Of a stretch of DNA of 64,000 bases, positions 1 to 13,896 are shown piece after piece. The DNA comes from Selaginella moellendorffii. Taxonomy: Eukaryota; Plantae; Lycopodiophyta. Numbering within the stretch: the first letter of the stretch is position 1; the number at the start of each line of letters is the position of its first letter. The translations under genes and the position numbers were made by a program. The notes beneath the pieces were generated by a model. That model worked only from the letters and a program-made list of their open reading frames with translations. It searched no databases and was not told the origin of the DNA. The stretch covers positions 1,182,361-1,246,360 of the forward strand of contig NW_003314319.1 in the NCBI RefSeq assembly GCF_000143415.4. Reading direction: 5' to 3'.

Positions 1-659
1 ACCCTCTGTTGGTTGATGGGATGACCCACTGGGAAGTCCAAGGCTAGAGTCAATATGGACTGATAAGTGGGGTAGCTTGGTGAAGTGTTCAAGAGCCGGC
101 TCTAGTTCCTCCGGGAGATCGACTGACTGATGCTCCCAGTCCAAGTGTGGGTGGCACTACCTACTTGGATACCAGGCGTGGCTCAATGGAACCTCGCTCT
201 AAGCCCATGGCTAGAGCACCCAAAAGCAGAAGGCGGGGAGAGTACCCATGAGGCCCGCGTAGGGCCACAGTGTTCCGAAATGGTGTCCAAAGTCCCAAAC
301 TATGGAAAGGAAGAGGAGTAGCCCTTTGGTGTGGTGACCAAGGACACAATCACACGGTGAGGAAGTCCTAGAGGATAGTGGGACTTAGTGGTCGGGCCGG
401 TGGGCCTTGATCCAATGGTGGTGTTGGCGAACACAGCCAAGGACAAAAAGGGACTTGGTGAGGACCGGAACGGAGATATTGGGGAAGGCTATTCCCCATG
501 TCTGTAGGCATCCTAAGGATGTTAAGGAGTGGATCTGGGATGATCACTCATGGCCATGGTGTTCTGAAATCCTAGACTGTGGAAAGGAAGGAGACTCCTC
601 CAAGTGGTCAGAGGTGTGGTTAAGTGACTAAATTAGAATTGAAAATTTAGTCACTTAAA
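1..659 (+). repeat. Partial, internally deleted family-A LTR (3' portion)
   Basis: Colinear with 4150-5014. Jumps at ~550-590 to the LTR end. Ends ...TTAGTCACTTAAA versus the family end TTAGTCGCTTACA; no PBS follows. Confidence 0.85.
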
Positions 660-1019
660 TCTACTTCAAATACCAAATCATGCATTTTCATGGACAATCC
701 ATCTACTAGTTTTTTTTTTCTCAATTGGTTCTAAAACTATTAAGGCACTAATTTAATTAGTATTTGAAGGAACAAAAACTAATGAAATGATGTTCCAAAA
801 TGACAAAGCAACAATGATCAGTGATAAAACCACCTGTTTCCTTTAAAGGAGTAGCTTGCACTACCCTAGCTTTTCAATTTTTATTTCTACAAATGTACCA
901 AGTGTTAAATAATTATACTCCCACAATATACATATTATTGTTTGGAATCAACTCCCCTAAGTTGTTGTAGGCGAAAAGATTCCAAAATCAAAACTAGAAC
1001 AATAAAAAGCTCATCAGAT

Positions 1020-1190
1020 AAGATTGAGACTAAGTTTGAAACTGAGTCTAAGATTTGATATTTTCAAGACCGAGTTCAAAACCGAGTTTGAAATTCAAGT
1101 CCAAGATCAAATTCGAGACTGAATCCAAGGTTAAATCCGAGGTCGAGTCTGAGATTGAGTATGAGATTGAGTTTGAGACCAAATTTGAAG
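1020..1190 (+). repeat. Decayed 6/12-bp periodic array (GAGTCCGAGACC-like, CpG-depleted)
   Basis: Units such as GAGTTTGAAACT, GAGTCTGAGATT and GAGTTTGAGACC resemble the family-A LTR array after C>T/G>A decay. Confidence 0.5.
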
Positions 1191-2789
1191 TACATTAAAG
1201 AGAGCAAGTGTGACTTTGTTAAGATGGAGAGCATAGTTTAGAGCATTAGGAATATTTTGATTCCTAAAATGTTCCCCTATCGAGAGCAAAGGCAAAGAGG
1301 GTATTTAGGGTAATTGGAAAGAGCTTATGGAGGCTTTCAGAGCTAGAATTAGAGATGTTAGGAAAAAGCCCTCAGCTCCTAACAAATGGTGAACTTAGTA
1401 TGACAAGTTAGTTTAGCTTTCTTTGGAGAATAAGAGAATTTTCTGGATGGATAGAGAGATTTTGGAGTTTTAGTGGCTAGATTCATGTTTGGGGGATCTC
1501 TAGCACTAATAAAAGCTCCCCTTACACGAATTTAAAACACAGACTCATAGATCTAGAGTTCTTGGTGTTGTTTTTCCACTTCACTTTATTTCACTCGATT
1601 TTGAAGAGATTTCTAATGATAGAAGCATTCACTTTGGTTGTGCCTTATTTGAGTCAAAGCAACTTCTCCTCCTCTTTCTAGAGAGTTAAAGAACACTTGA
1701 TTTGGTGGAGAATTAAACTGCATGCAAGCATTTTTCTTTCACAATTTACTCTTGTCTTCACAGTTTATTTTTAGAGGTTTAAACTTGAGATTTTAGCATG
1801 GATTTGGAGAATTGCATGAGTGGGCATTTAGATCTGGTCATGAGGATTCCAAAAAGTGCTTTCTTGATGAGTGGAGTTTAAAAAGTGGGGAGATTTTTCA
1901 TTTTCTCTTGCTCCTTTTTTTCTTCTCTTTTTACAATTAAGTTCTAAAACTCTAACAATAAGATTTCCTGAGTGTTTTGTGAAATTTCTTTCTTGAGTTT
2001 CTCCCTTTGCTTTTTAGCTTTCATTAAAGTCCTTTCTTGCAAGGGAATTTGCAAAGAATCATGAGTTTTGGTGCTATTTTTATTACATATTACACAGTTG
2101 TGATTTTAAAGGGATTATTCTTTCTAGTTTCAACATCACTTTCATCTTTCTTGAGTGTTTTGGATAAATCCTCACCAGATCTTTTTATTAATGGCAATAT
2201 AAAAAGTTTGAAACAATTTCCCACTTGTTCATTTATTTTGAGTACAAGGAGTGGTTTCAGTTGTTTTCGCTCAATTTTGGGCAATTTTAGCCAAATTTTT
2301 TTTTTATGGCTATGTAGATGGCATCAAGGGTTTTCTGATGCACTATTGCTCATGCTTTTTGGCACTCTAGAGATTGAGATATTCACGTTTTTTGTCTTTG
2401 CAAACTTGTGAATGTTGGTGAGTGATAATGTTTAGGGTTCTCCTTAAATTCTCTAGCCATTTTTTTTTGTTATGAGATCTTTGCATTAGATTTAGAGCAT
2501 TCCAAAAGCCAAGAAGTTTTCACTCTTTAGGAGCATTTGTTACATGTAGTGACTGCATTATTTTATGCCCGTTTATAGTAGATCCATACATATTTGATGC
2601 TTGCATATTATTAGCAATATTCCTTAGGTTTAACAGTCATTATCCGCATATCTATTATAAGCTATATTATCAAATGGCTCTCTCAGCTGAGGAGGATTCA
2701 GAGTCTTTGGCAAATAACAAGTTTGAGCATCCATTATTATAGTAGTTCCTCCTGTAATCCATATTGTGCAACATGGGATGGACTTGCCT

Positions 2790-3510
2790 TACTTATTAGG
2801 CAATGGGGACATCTTGGCCAAGATACACATTCTTCAGTTTGAGCAATATTATGCATCAAATGACATTGGTGATGATGATCATAAGCTTCGAGACTTCTCT
2901 CAATCGCTTACTAGCTGAGCAACAGCATGGGCAGAGACTCTTTTTGGAGGCAGATATGGTGGACTACACCACATTCAAGACCTTATTCAAATCACATTTT
3001 GATTAGCAGTGGCCGGCAAATTGTTTATTTATGGACTTGTTTGCCTTTCAACAAAGAGCTAGTGAGTCAGTGCTAAAGTATATGATGCATTTTAGTGCCT
3101 ATAGAAAGAGTGTGTGGAGCAGCAGGTGATCACCAATGAGCCTCATAGTATCACGGCATTCATCTCTAGACTCAAGAGGAATTTCTAACACAAGATGCTC
3201 AAGAGGTAATTTTGGATATGTCATGAGACTTTTGCAACTGCTGAGACTTTAGAGTGTGATCTTCTCTAGGAGCTTAGTATCTCCAAGGTTGAGGGAGCTT
3301 CATATGCAGCTATCTCTCATATAACTACTGCTCCTGCTCTTGCTGATGACAAATTTCCTACAGTGATTAAGAAGGCTTTGATAGAGCTTGTAGGGTACAA
3401 GGAGATCATCTAATAACAATAGCAAATGCAAGAGAAAATCTTTCAAGAGCTCCATACTTACCACTTACAGTAGGCTGAGAAGCCACAATGTGCTCCACAC
3501 TCTTGGTATT
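2790..3510 (+). pseudogene. Decayed retrotransposon gag (old element C, left part)
   Basis: Fragmented gag-like text (QFEQYYAS, DYTTFKTLFKSHFD). Joins across element A to a CCHC knuckle at 18022. Confidence 0.55.
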
Positions 3511-5014
3511 TGTGAGACACAAAATCCATAGGCCCCAAAGTGGAGCTGAAAGGGTGCCACGTGGTAGTGGCCAAAGTGAAAGCTAAACGATCGTAACACG
3601 TTTGGACTAAAAGCTTCGACTTGAAAAGGTCAAGAGTGGGAGTGGAACTCCCAACGAAGTGCTCGAGGAACAAGCACGAGGCGAGCCATGAGTGAGTCTC
3701 TAGAAAAGGAGACACAAAAGGACCAAAACATGATACGTGGAAGAGTCTGAGATGGACCCGAGATGGGATCCGAGATGGACCCGAGATGGAGTCCAAGATG
3801 GAGTCCGAGATGGAGTACGAGATGGAGTCCAAGATGGAGTACGAGATGGACCCGAGATGGAGTCCGAGATGGACCCGAGATGGAGTTCGAGATGGAGTCC
3901 GAGACCGGGACCGAGACCGGGACCGAGATCGAGATCAGGACCGAGGCCGAGACCGAGACCGAGGCCGAGTCTGAGTCCGAGTCTGAGTCCGAGTCCGAGT
4001 CCAAGTTCAAGTCTAAGAGGGTGAAAACCCAAAGTGTTCGTCTCCCAGACCCTAGGGGATTTGGTGAGCTCCAAAAGTATAATAACGGGGAGGACTGCAG
4101 TGGAGCCAGTTGGGCTAGGAAAGGCCAATTTGGCCCAAAAAGGCTGTACCCAGTGTTGGGTGATGAGCTGCCCACTGGGAAGTCCAAGACTAGAGTGAAC
4201 ACGGACCAAAAAGTGGGGTAGCTTGGTGAAGTGTTCAAGAGCCAGCTCTAGTTCCCCCGGGAGGTCGACTGGCCGATGCTCCCAGTCCAAGTGTGGGTGG
4301 CACTACCTACTTGGATACCTGGCATGGCTCAACAGAACCTAACTCTAAGCCCATGGCTAGAGCACTTAAAGGCGAAAGGAGGGGAGAGTACCCATGAGGC
4401 TTGCGTAAGGCCAGCGGTGTTCCGAAATGTTGTCCCAAAGTCCCAAATGGTGAAAGGGAAGAGGAGCAGTCCTCTAGTGCAGTGACCAAGGATACGGTCA
4501 CATGGTGAAGAAGTCCCAAAGGATAGTGGGACTTAGAGGTTGAGCCTGCGGGCCTTGATCTAGTGGTAGTGTTGGCGAACACGACCATGGACAGAAAGGG
4601 ACTTGGTGGGGATTGGAAAAGAGTTGTCAGGGAAGGCTATTCCCCATGTCTGCGGGCATCCTAAGGATGTTAAGGAGTAAATCTGGGATGATCACTCACG
4701 GACGGATGGCCCAGTCTTTGAGAGACGGGACTATGATGCAGGTGGCGTTAAACCACCGGTGTGACCAAGGTGAATGGGCATGGCCTTAGCGTAATGGGCC
4801 GATATGTTAGTGGTGCCTTGGGGTGTCAGTCATGGGATCAGACACGTGGAGCACTTGGACCAAGTGCAAAGGTTGAGTGGCATGGATGCCATTTTCGGGG
4901 CTAGCAAGCCCCAAGTCCTAACTGGGACTTACGGAGGTTGTGAATGAGACTCCTCCAAGTGGTCAGAGGTGCGGTTAAGTGACTAAAGTAAAATGGAAAA
5001 ATTAGTCGCTTACA
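3511..5014 (+). repeat. 5' LTR of copy A
   Basis: TG...CA ends; internal 11/12-bp and 6-bp tandem arrays at ~3745-4015. Confidence 0.92.
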
Positions 5015-5017
5015 ACT

Positions 5018-5029
5018 TGGTATCGGAGC
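5018..5029 (+). promoter_or_regulatory. Primer-binding site, tRNA-iMet type (TGGTATCGGAGC)
   Basis: 3 nt after the LTR end; one mismatch to canonical TGGTATCAGAGC. Confidence 0.85.
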
Positions 5030-8017
5030 TGTTCCTTAGTCTGACTCTTATTGGTGGCCAAGTATATCAACACTTGTATTGAAATTGGAAAGTCCTAGGT
5101 ATGGACCTATCGTCGAGGAGTAGCATGTCGAGAGGACAAGGCTCTCCACTCGAGTTCATACGTGAACTTGTGCATGATGTGGTGGATGGATAAGGGCCAA
5201 TAAAGGAACGACTTTGGGATCTTAGGAATAATATGAGGTCAAATACGGAAGAGGATACAAGTCCTTGAAATGGTAGCCGGGGCTACCTCTAATAAATGCT
5301 GGAACAACCCAAGGAGTTGGGGGTGTACTTAGAGGATGAGTTGGTATTCTCATCACATGGACAAGTGGTCATAAGGGGCAAAGGTTGCCCCTAGAGAATA
5401 AATCAAGTGTCGGAGTAACACTTGCAAAGATGGTTCTTGTGAGTAGGACATGAATACAAGGAGTTGTATTCCAGTGAGCTAACACCTCAAAAGTAAGACC
5501 TCATGGGTCGTCAGATTAGCAAAGTCCAAAAAGTTGAATGACTCCAATAGAGTCAAGGAATAATCCTAAGGGATTGATGAAAGCATTTGGACTGAGGTGT
5601 GTGGTGCCCCACAAAGGATGGGGAGGATCTTGAGATCCAAGCATGAGAATAATGTGTATCTTATTGATGGTAAAAGGTGCCATGTTAAAGTCGTGGGAAA
5701 GAGTTTCCCGGAAGAAAACAACTTTGACACAAAGTTGTGCATAAACTCTATGGTGCAGTGCTAATGGATAATTAGCATAAGAGATAACCATATTAGTCTT
5801 GGCAAAAAGACCTAGACACAAGTAAAAAGTGTCATAAAGGTAGGCTCGTGGAGCCGATGGTGTGGAGACACCGAAGGTGCTAAGGCATGTTGCCTTGAGG
5901 TCAAGTTGGCAAGTTCATGAGAACCCCGTCCAAAGGAATCCCAATGGAAATGGGAATGGCATAGCCTAAGCTAGAAGGCATGTGGTTATAGTGTGGTGAC
6001 CCAGATAATGATGAAGGTGTGGAAGCACTAGCAATGAGTTGTAGGACTTGACAACTATGAGGCAACTAAGCAAAAGGTGCAAAATAATTCGTTAAACTGG
6101 TAGAAGGCAACTATCTAAGACTTCTTATTGGGATAAGGAAGTTAGATATACCCTTATGGGGGATAAATTGCTTATGTTGCGATATAGTAAGTCAATGACG
6201 AAAAGGGAATGCTCATTGTTAGAAAGGCTATCATTTGGGACACCCAAACACTCTAGAACACCAGAAGGTGGTGTTTGGTGTCATGAGGGCAATGGATAAG
6301 GCCCAAGGGACAAAGTCCCTAGTGAATGATGGATAGGAAGTGCTATCTAAATGTCCAAGGTTGCGGAAACAAGAAAAGTCCATTTAGCCAAATTGGACAA
6401 AGCCAAAAAATGGATTTTGGCAAGGCTAGTGATAGGCATATAAAGGCCCATAAGTAGCAATAGTAATCTAGTGTGTGGGATTACAAGGTGAGCAAACCTA
6501 GATTGAGGAACCACTCCCTAGGTTGTCGGGTAGGTGCATCCTTATGAATACTTGCCAAGGCATGGTGGAAAGTGCAAAGCTATCTTCCTAGTCTTGAGGA
6601 GAATAACAGAAGGAAATGTATGAGGCCAAAAGGCAAGTAGTAAAGGGATAGAACCAAACCATAGGAATTAACAGGCATGACCAAGGGTGGTTATGGAAGT
6701 TGGGAGTGGTGAATCAAGTGGGTGCTCAAGCATGTTGTTACTAGCGACCAGGATGCCATGGAGAGTCTCAAGCATGGGATTGTCCATGTTAGACTATATA
6801 GTAATTGGAAAGCTTGCGAATGGAAAGACTTTAGCAAGCTAAGAAACAGAGTTCTTTGAACGTTCCCCTAGGTAGATAAGTACCTAGTCAGCCAAGTGTA
6901 AATGGTTCATAAAACGCGCGAAATCAGAGTGGCGCAGCAGAAGCGTGGTCTTGAAGTTTGCCATAAGACGAAGCTATCGAGGTTGGGGAAGTGGTTCCCG
7001 AGTGTTCAAAGAGAGGGCTTTGAATGAAAGTCAATGGTTAAGGACTTTCACGCTTATGCATGAACCATGTTACAGTGGCCGAATGACTTGCTAAGTGAGA
7101 TTGGCAAGTCGGGGGAATGAATGCCCTAGTTGAAGGAGCCAACTTCAAAGGGGTGGCCCATGGGGCCGAGTATGGAGGAGTCCATGCATGATCACAGACA
7201 TGTCAAGTGAGAGGACTTGGCAGTGTGAAGGAACTAGGTTCCTAAGCTGTGATCTGTAGCACGCTTTAAGTACATATTGGTGCACCGGTGTGGGGAGTCA
7301 CGCCAGGCATCCTGTGCGATGCCATCCGTAGATGCATATATGGAGGTTGGGTTCGAGTCCCGACCCTCTAGTGCTTAAGTTCGAGTCCCAAATCACTAGG
7401 GCGTGGTGATGGTTTGGAATATGAGGACACTTATTTTTTGGTGGTCATGGACTCTCAGTGAGGGGACTGGTTTGGGCACACTGCCAAGCGAGGGATGCCT
7501 CGGAGTCGTGATGCACGGTTAGATTACTTAATGTGGCTTGGCATATCTAACTTGAACACTTTGGTGCAAGTGGCACCAAGGACGTGGTGAATAAGATGGG
7601 GACACCTAATCTCAGTTGCTATGGACCCTTGGCCGTAAGGGCTGGCTTGGGTGCACCACCAAGTGTGGGGGATGCCCCTGGGGTTATGGTCAACAACTTG
7701 AAGGTGTAGAAGACCAAGTATCTTTTGACAACTCTATTAAGGTGCCAAGGTGATATCACTAGGTGATCTTGTGGCTAAATAAGGACAAAGTCCTTGGTTG
7801 ACTAAGGAATGAAGTTCCTAATTCAAAGTGTTGATTTGAACTGTTTAAGATGGTGTGGCTTGGTCAAGATGACCAAGTGGAAAGAGCACCTAAGGGAAAT
7901 GAGCTATGTCAATGCGATGGCATAATAAGTCTGAGGAAAGTAGTCTCTAAAGAGATCCATGGGAGTGTCTCGAAGTTGGGCCATGATAGAGCCCACAACA
8001 GAAAATGCTAAGGAGAC

Positions 8018-9750
8018 TGTAAGCGACTAATTTTTCCATTCTACTTTAGTCATTTAACCACACCTCCGACCACTTGGAGGAATCTCATTCACAACCTCCA
8101 TAAGTCCAATTTAGGACTTGGGACTTGCTAGCCCCGAGAAGGGCATCCATGCCACTCCACATTTGCACTTGGTCCAAGTGCTCCACGTGTCCGATCCCAT
8201 GATCGACACACAAAAGTACCACCGACATGGCAGCTTGTTATGCTAAGGCCATGCCCAATCACCTTTGCCACACTGGTAGTCCAATACCACTTGCATCACA
8301 GTCTTGGCTCTCCAAGACTAGGCAAACCATCCGTGAGTGGTCATCTCAAATCCACTCCTTAGCATCCTCATGATGCCCACCGACAAGGGGAATAGCCTTC
8401 CCCAATATCCCTCTGTCAGTCTCCACTAAGTCCCTNNNNNNNNNNNNNNNNNNNNNNNNNNNNNNNNNNNNNNNNNNNNNNNNNNNNNNNNNNNNNNNNN
8501 NNNNNNNNNNNNNNNNNNNNNNNNNNNNNNNNNNNNNNNNNNNNNNNNNNNNNNNNNNNNNNNNNNNNNNNNNNNNNNNNNNNNNNNNNNNNNNNNNNNN
8601 NNNNNNNNNNNNNNNNNNNNNNNNNNNNNNNNNNNNNNNNNNNNNNNNNNNNNNNNNNNNNNNNNNNNNNNNNNNNNNNNNNNNNNNNNNNNNNNNNNNN
8701 NNNNNNNNNNNNNNNNNNNNNNNNNNNNNNNNNNNNNNNNNNNNNNNNNNNNNNNNNNNNNNNNNNNNNNNNNNNNNNNNNNNNNNNNNNNNNNNNNNNN
8801 NNNNNNNNNNNNNNNNNNNNNNNNNNNNNNNNNNNNNNNNNNNNNNNNNNNNNNNNNNNNNNNNNNNNNNNNNNNNNNNNNNNNNNNNNNNCCTGGGCCA
8901 AACTGGCCTTTCCTGGCCAAACTGGCTCCACTATACTTTTGGAACCCCCCGCAGCCCCCCCCCCCCCCCCCCCTGGGGGACGATCGCTTTGGGCTTTCAC
9001 CCAACTGCCTGTATTAGTATTCGGACTCGGACTCGGGCTCGAACTCGGACTCGGACTCGGTCTCGGTCCCGGTTTTGGACTCGGACTCAGTCTCGGTCTC
9101 GGTCTCGGCCTCGGTCTCGGTCCCGGTTTCGGTTCCATTTCAGACTCCATCTCGGACTCCATCTCGGACTCCATCTCGGGTCCATCTCGGACTCCATCTC
9201 AGACTCCCTCTCGGACTCCATCTCGGACTTCATCTCGGGTCCATCTCGGACTCCATCTCGGGTCCATCTCGGACTCCATCTCGGACTCCATCTCGGGTCC
9301 ATCTCGGACTCCATCTCGGACTCCATCTCGGGTCCATCTCGGACTCCATCTCGGACTCCATCTCGGGTCCATCTCGGACTCCATCTCGAGTCCATCTCGG
9401 ACTCCATCTCGGGTCCATCTCGGACTCCATCTAGGACTCCATCTCGGACTCCATCTCGGGTCCATCTCGGACTCCATCTCGGGTCCATCTCAGACTCCAT
9501 CTTGGGTCCATCTCAGACTCCTCCACGTGTCATGTGTTGGTCCTTTTTGGGTCCCTTTTTGGAGCCTTGCCTATGGCTCGCTTCGTGCTCATTCCTTGAG
9601 CACTTCGTTGGGAGTTCCACTCCCGCTCTTGACTTTTCAAGTCGGCGCTTTTGGTCCAAACGTGTTACGCTCGTTTGGCTCTCGCTTCGGCCACTACCAC
9701 GTGGCACCCTTCCGGCTCCACTTTGGGGCCTAGGGATTTTGTGTCTCACA
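8018..9750 (-). repeat. 3' LTR of copy B
   Basis: Reverse complement of the family LTR; abuts the PPT; contains an N gap. Confidence 0.92.
8436..8891. other. Assembly gap (N run)
   Basis: Run of N inside an LTR. Confidence 1.
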
Positions 9751-12700
9751 ACTCCACCACCCATAGACGAAGTTCGATGTCCTCATCGAACGGTGAACCA
9801 TTTTATAAAGTAACACCCGCATGTGTTACCATTTCCATCCTTGGCGCGTAGCCAATATTTGTCAATGGTTTTTCATTGAAGGCTCACCATGCCTTCTCCA
9901 TATTCGTCAATGGTTGGACATTGAAGGCTCACCATGCCTTTTGCATATTCCTCAATGGTGTTACACCAAAGGCTCACTATGCCTTGCCTATCCTCTAAGG
10001 AGGGTAGTCTCTCCAACTTAGAGACTGATTGGACCACATATAGTGGTTCTCTCCTTTTATTGGTTTATTTCTCGCTAAACCTCTTAGAGACCCTTCTCTA
10101 AGTCAATCCCACTACTCCTTCTTGAGTAGTCTCAATTTCCATCTATTGAACGTTTGCACCTTGGAACTTTTACTCTTTTGACTTTTGGAAGTCAATTTCC
10201 TAGGTGTCTCCAACACCTTGCATTGCACAGATTGTGCAACTCCACTTCCCCATCCTAGGAAGTTCATTACTTGAGGGCACCATCATCCTCTCTTCTATTT
10301 TGTGCCACCTTGGGCACTAAGTTCCATTTATCATACTTTGTGCTAGGGCTGTCCATAGCCCTATCATTTGGCTACCTTACCGCTCCCTCCCTTGGAGCTT
10401 CCACTTTCGCCAAATCGGAGCAATTTGGAATCCATCCTTGGAAACACACTTCCTTTCCCGCAATTTGTTAGCGTCCAACACATTAGTGTCCCTTGCCTAA
10501 CTTTGTCACTTGGATTCCTTCCAAGGGATTCCACGGCCCTATCTTGGCCACTCATCTTTTGCTCCTATCCGTTGATTGTTGCACCAAGCAACATCGAATC
10601 TCCCTCCTTGAGGTATTCTTTTGATTCCATAGCAAAGGCTCTGCTTTGCCAAGACTAGGGTGTTCACCCCTAGTAAGTCTCTTTTAGCATCTTCTGCTGT
10701 GGGCTCTATCCACGGCCCAACTTTGTGACCCTCCCATGGGTCTCTTTAGAGACTACTTTCCTTGGACACACTATGCGATCGCAATGACATAGCTCATTTC
10801 CTTAAGTTGTTTTTCCCACTTGGTCACCTTGACCAAGCCACACCATCATCAATAGTTCAAATCAACACTTTGAACTAGGAACCTTATTCCTTAACCCAAA
10901 CAAGGACCTTGTCCTTATTTAGCCACAAGATCACCTAGTGATCTCACCTCAGCACCTTAACAGGTTTACCAATAGGTACTAGGTCTTCCAGACCTTTAAC
11001 TTGTTAACTACGACCCCGGGGGCATCCCCCACACTTGGCGGTGCACCCAAGCCAGCCCTTCCGGCCAAGGGTCCATAGCAACTGAGATTAGGTGTCCCCA
11101 TCTCACTCACCACGTCCTTGGTGCCACTTGCACCAAAGCGTTCAAGTTAGATATGCCGAGCTTTCACACTAAGCAATCTAACCATGCATCACGACTCCGA
11201 GGCATCCCTCGCTTGGCGGTGTGCCCAAACCAGTCTCCCCACTGAGAGTCCATGACCACCGAAATATGAGTGTCCTCATATTCCAAACCATCACCACGCC
11301 CTAGTGATTTGGGACTCGAACCCAAGCACTAGAGGGTCGGGACTCGAACCCAACCTCCGTATATGCATCTACGGACGGCATCACACAAGATGCCTGGCAT
11401 GACTCCCTACGCCAGTGCACCAACTTATACTTAAAGCGCGCTACAGATCACAACTTAGGAACCTAGTTCCCCCGCACTGCCAAGTCCTGTCACTTGACAA
11501 GTTTGTGATCATGCATGGACTCCTCCATGCTTGGCCCCATGGCCCACCCTTTTTGAAGTTATCACCTTCAACTAGGGTATTTGTTCCCCTGACTTGCCAA
11601 TCTTGCTTGGCAAGTCCTCTGACCACTATAACATGGTTCTTGCACAAGCGTGAAAGTCTTTGACCATCGACTTTCGTTCAAAGCCCTCTCTTTGAACACT
11701 CGGGAACTACTTCCCTAACCTTGACAGCCTTGCCTCATGGCAAGCTTCAAGACCACGCTTCTGCTGCGCCACTCTGATTTCGCGCGTTTTATGAACCATT
11801 TACACTTGGCCTTTCTAGGTACTAAGCTACCTAGAATCGTCTTTGGGAACCTTGAAGGAACTCTATCCCTTAACTTGCTAAGGCCCCCTTTTTTGCAAGC
11901 TTTCCAATTGCCACATAGTCTAACATGGACAATTCCATATTTTAGACTCTCCATGGCATCACGGTTGCTAGCGGCAACACCCTCGAGCCCCCACTTGATT
12001 CTCCACTCCCAGTTGGCATAACCAACCTTGGTTATGCCCTTCGATTCCTATGGTTCGGTTCTATCCCCTTACTTCTTGCTTTTGGCTTCACACCTTTCCT
12101 TCGGTCATTCTCCTCCAGACCAGGAGGATAGCTTTGCACTTTCTATCATGCCTTAGCAAGTATTCTTAGGGATGAACCTACCCAATAGCCCAGGGAGTGG
12201 TTCCTCAATCCAGGTATGCTCACTTTATAATCCCACACACTGGGATTACATTGTTGCTTATGGGCCTTTACATGCCCATCACTAGCCTTGCCCAAATTTC
12301 ATTTTTGGCTTTGTCCAACTCGGGTAGACAGTCCTCTCCTGTCTCCGCAACCTTGGACATTTGGATAGCACCTTCTATCTATCATTCGCTAAAGACTTAG
12401 TCCCTTGGGCTTTATCCATTGCCCTCGCGACATCAAACACCACCTTCTGGTGTTCTAGAGTGTTCGGGTGTCCCAATGATGGCTTTCTTGACAATGAGTA
12501 TTTCCTTTTATGACATTGACTTACTATATCGCAACACAAGCAACTTATCCCCCGTAAGGGTATATCCAACTTCCCTATGCTATTAAGAAGTCTTGGGTAG
12601 CTACCTTCTACCCGTTTAACCAGTTATTTTGCATCTCTTGCTTAGTTGCCTCATAGTTGTCAAGTCCTACAACTCATTGCTTGGTGCTTTCACACCTCCA

Positions 12701-13896
12701 TCATTATCTGGGTCACCACACTCTAACCGCATGCCTTCCAGCTTAGGCCATGCCATTCCCGCTTTCGTTGGGATTCCCTTGACAAGGGGTTCTTATGAAC
12801 CCACCATCATAACCTCAAGGTATCACACCTTGGCACATTTGGTGTCTCCACACCATCGGCCCCACGAGCCTACCGTTATGACACTACTTATTAGTATCTA
12901 GGTCTTTGCCAAGACCAATATAGTTGTTCCTCATGCTAACTATCCGTTAGCACCGCACCATAGTGTTTACGCCCAATTCTAGGCCAAGGTTGCTTTCTTC
13001 TGGGAACATCTTTCCCACAACTTTAGTATGGCACATTCTGCCATCAATGAGATACCTATTATTCTCATACTTGGATCTTATGATCCTCCCCATACCTCAT
13101 GGGGCACCATACACCTCAGTCCAAATGCTTCAACCAATCCCTTAGGACCATTATCTGACTCCACTTGAGTCATCCAGCAGTTTTGGACTTGGTTAATCCA
13201 TAGACCCGTAAGGTCTTATTTGTGAGGCACTAGCTCACTGGAATACACTTCTTGCATTTTTGTCCTACTCAAAAGGACTATTTTCACAAGTGTTACTCTG
13301 ACACTTGATTTTGTTCTCTGAGGGCAACCTTTGCCCCTTAGGACTACTTGTCCATGTGATGAGAATACCACTCATCTCTAAGTACACCCCCCAACTCCTT
13401 GGGTTGTTCCAGCATTTATTAAAGGTAGCCCCGGCTACCACTTCAAGGACTTGAGTCCTCTTCCGTATTTGATCTCCCACGGTCATTACTTCTGGTCTCA
13501 CATTCATGAGCACCAACCTCAACTATATGAGGATAATCTTGTGACTCCTTTATTGCTTTGGAGTCTTTATCTTTCCAGTGATCCCAACTGTAGTTGTTTA
13601 CCACAACTACATTAGCCAGTTTGCTAAGTTAAACGCTCATCTGAATCACATCCTCAACTCTCTGAGGACAACCATATACTGTTCCCAAGATCCCAAAGCC
13701 GTTCCCTTACTGGCCCCTTTTCTATCCACCACATCGCGCCCAAGTTCGTGCATGAACTCGAGTGGAGAGCCATGTCCTCTCGACGTGCTACTCCTCAAGG
13801 ATAGGCCCACTCCTAGGACCTTCCGATGCCAATATCAATGGTGATATACTTGAGCACCAATAAAAGTCGGACTAAGGAACAGCTCCGATACCAAGT

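Noticed and set aside
960-2544. 5' LTR of old element C
   Set aside because: Plausible (decayed array, ends in TTACA), but there is no partner LTR or convincing PBS in the window.
4877-4894. LTR hairpin TGGCATGGATGCCA as a copy of H's palindrome
   Set aside because: The half-sites are similar but the spacing differs; it is a fixed part of the LTR.
8416-9174. Long ORFs crossing N runs (also near 14672-15547 and 57881-58511)
   Set aside because: Artefacts of assembly gaps.
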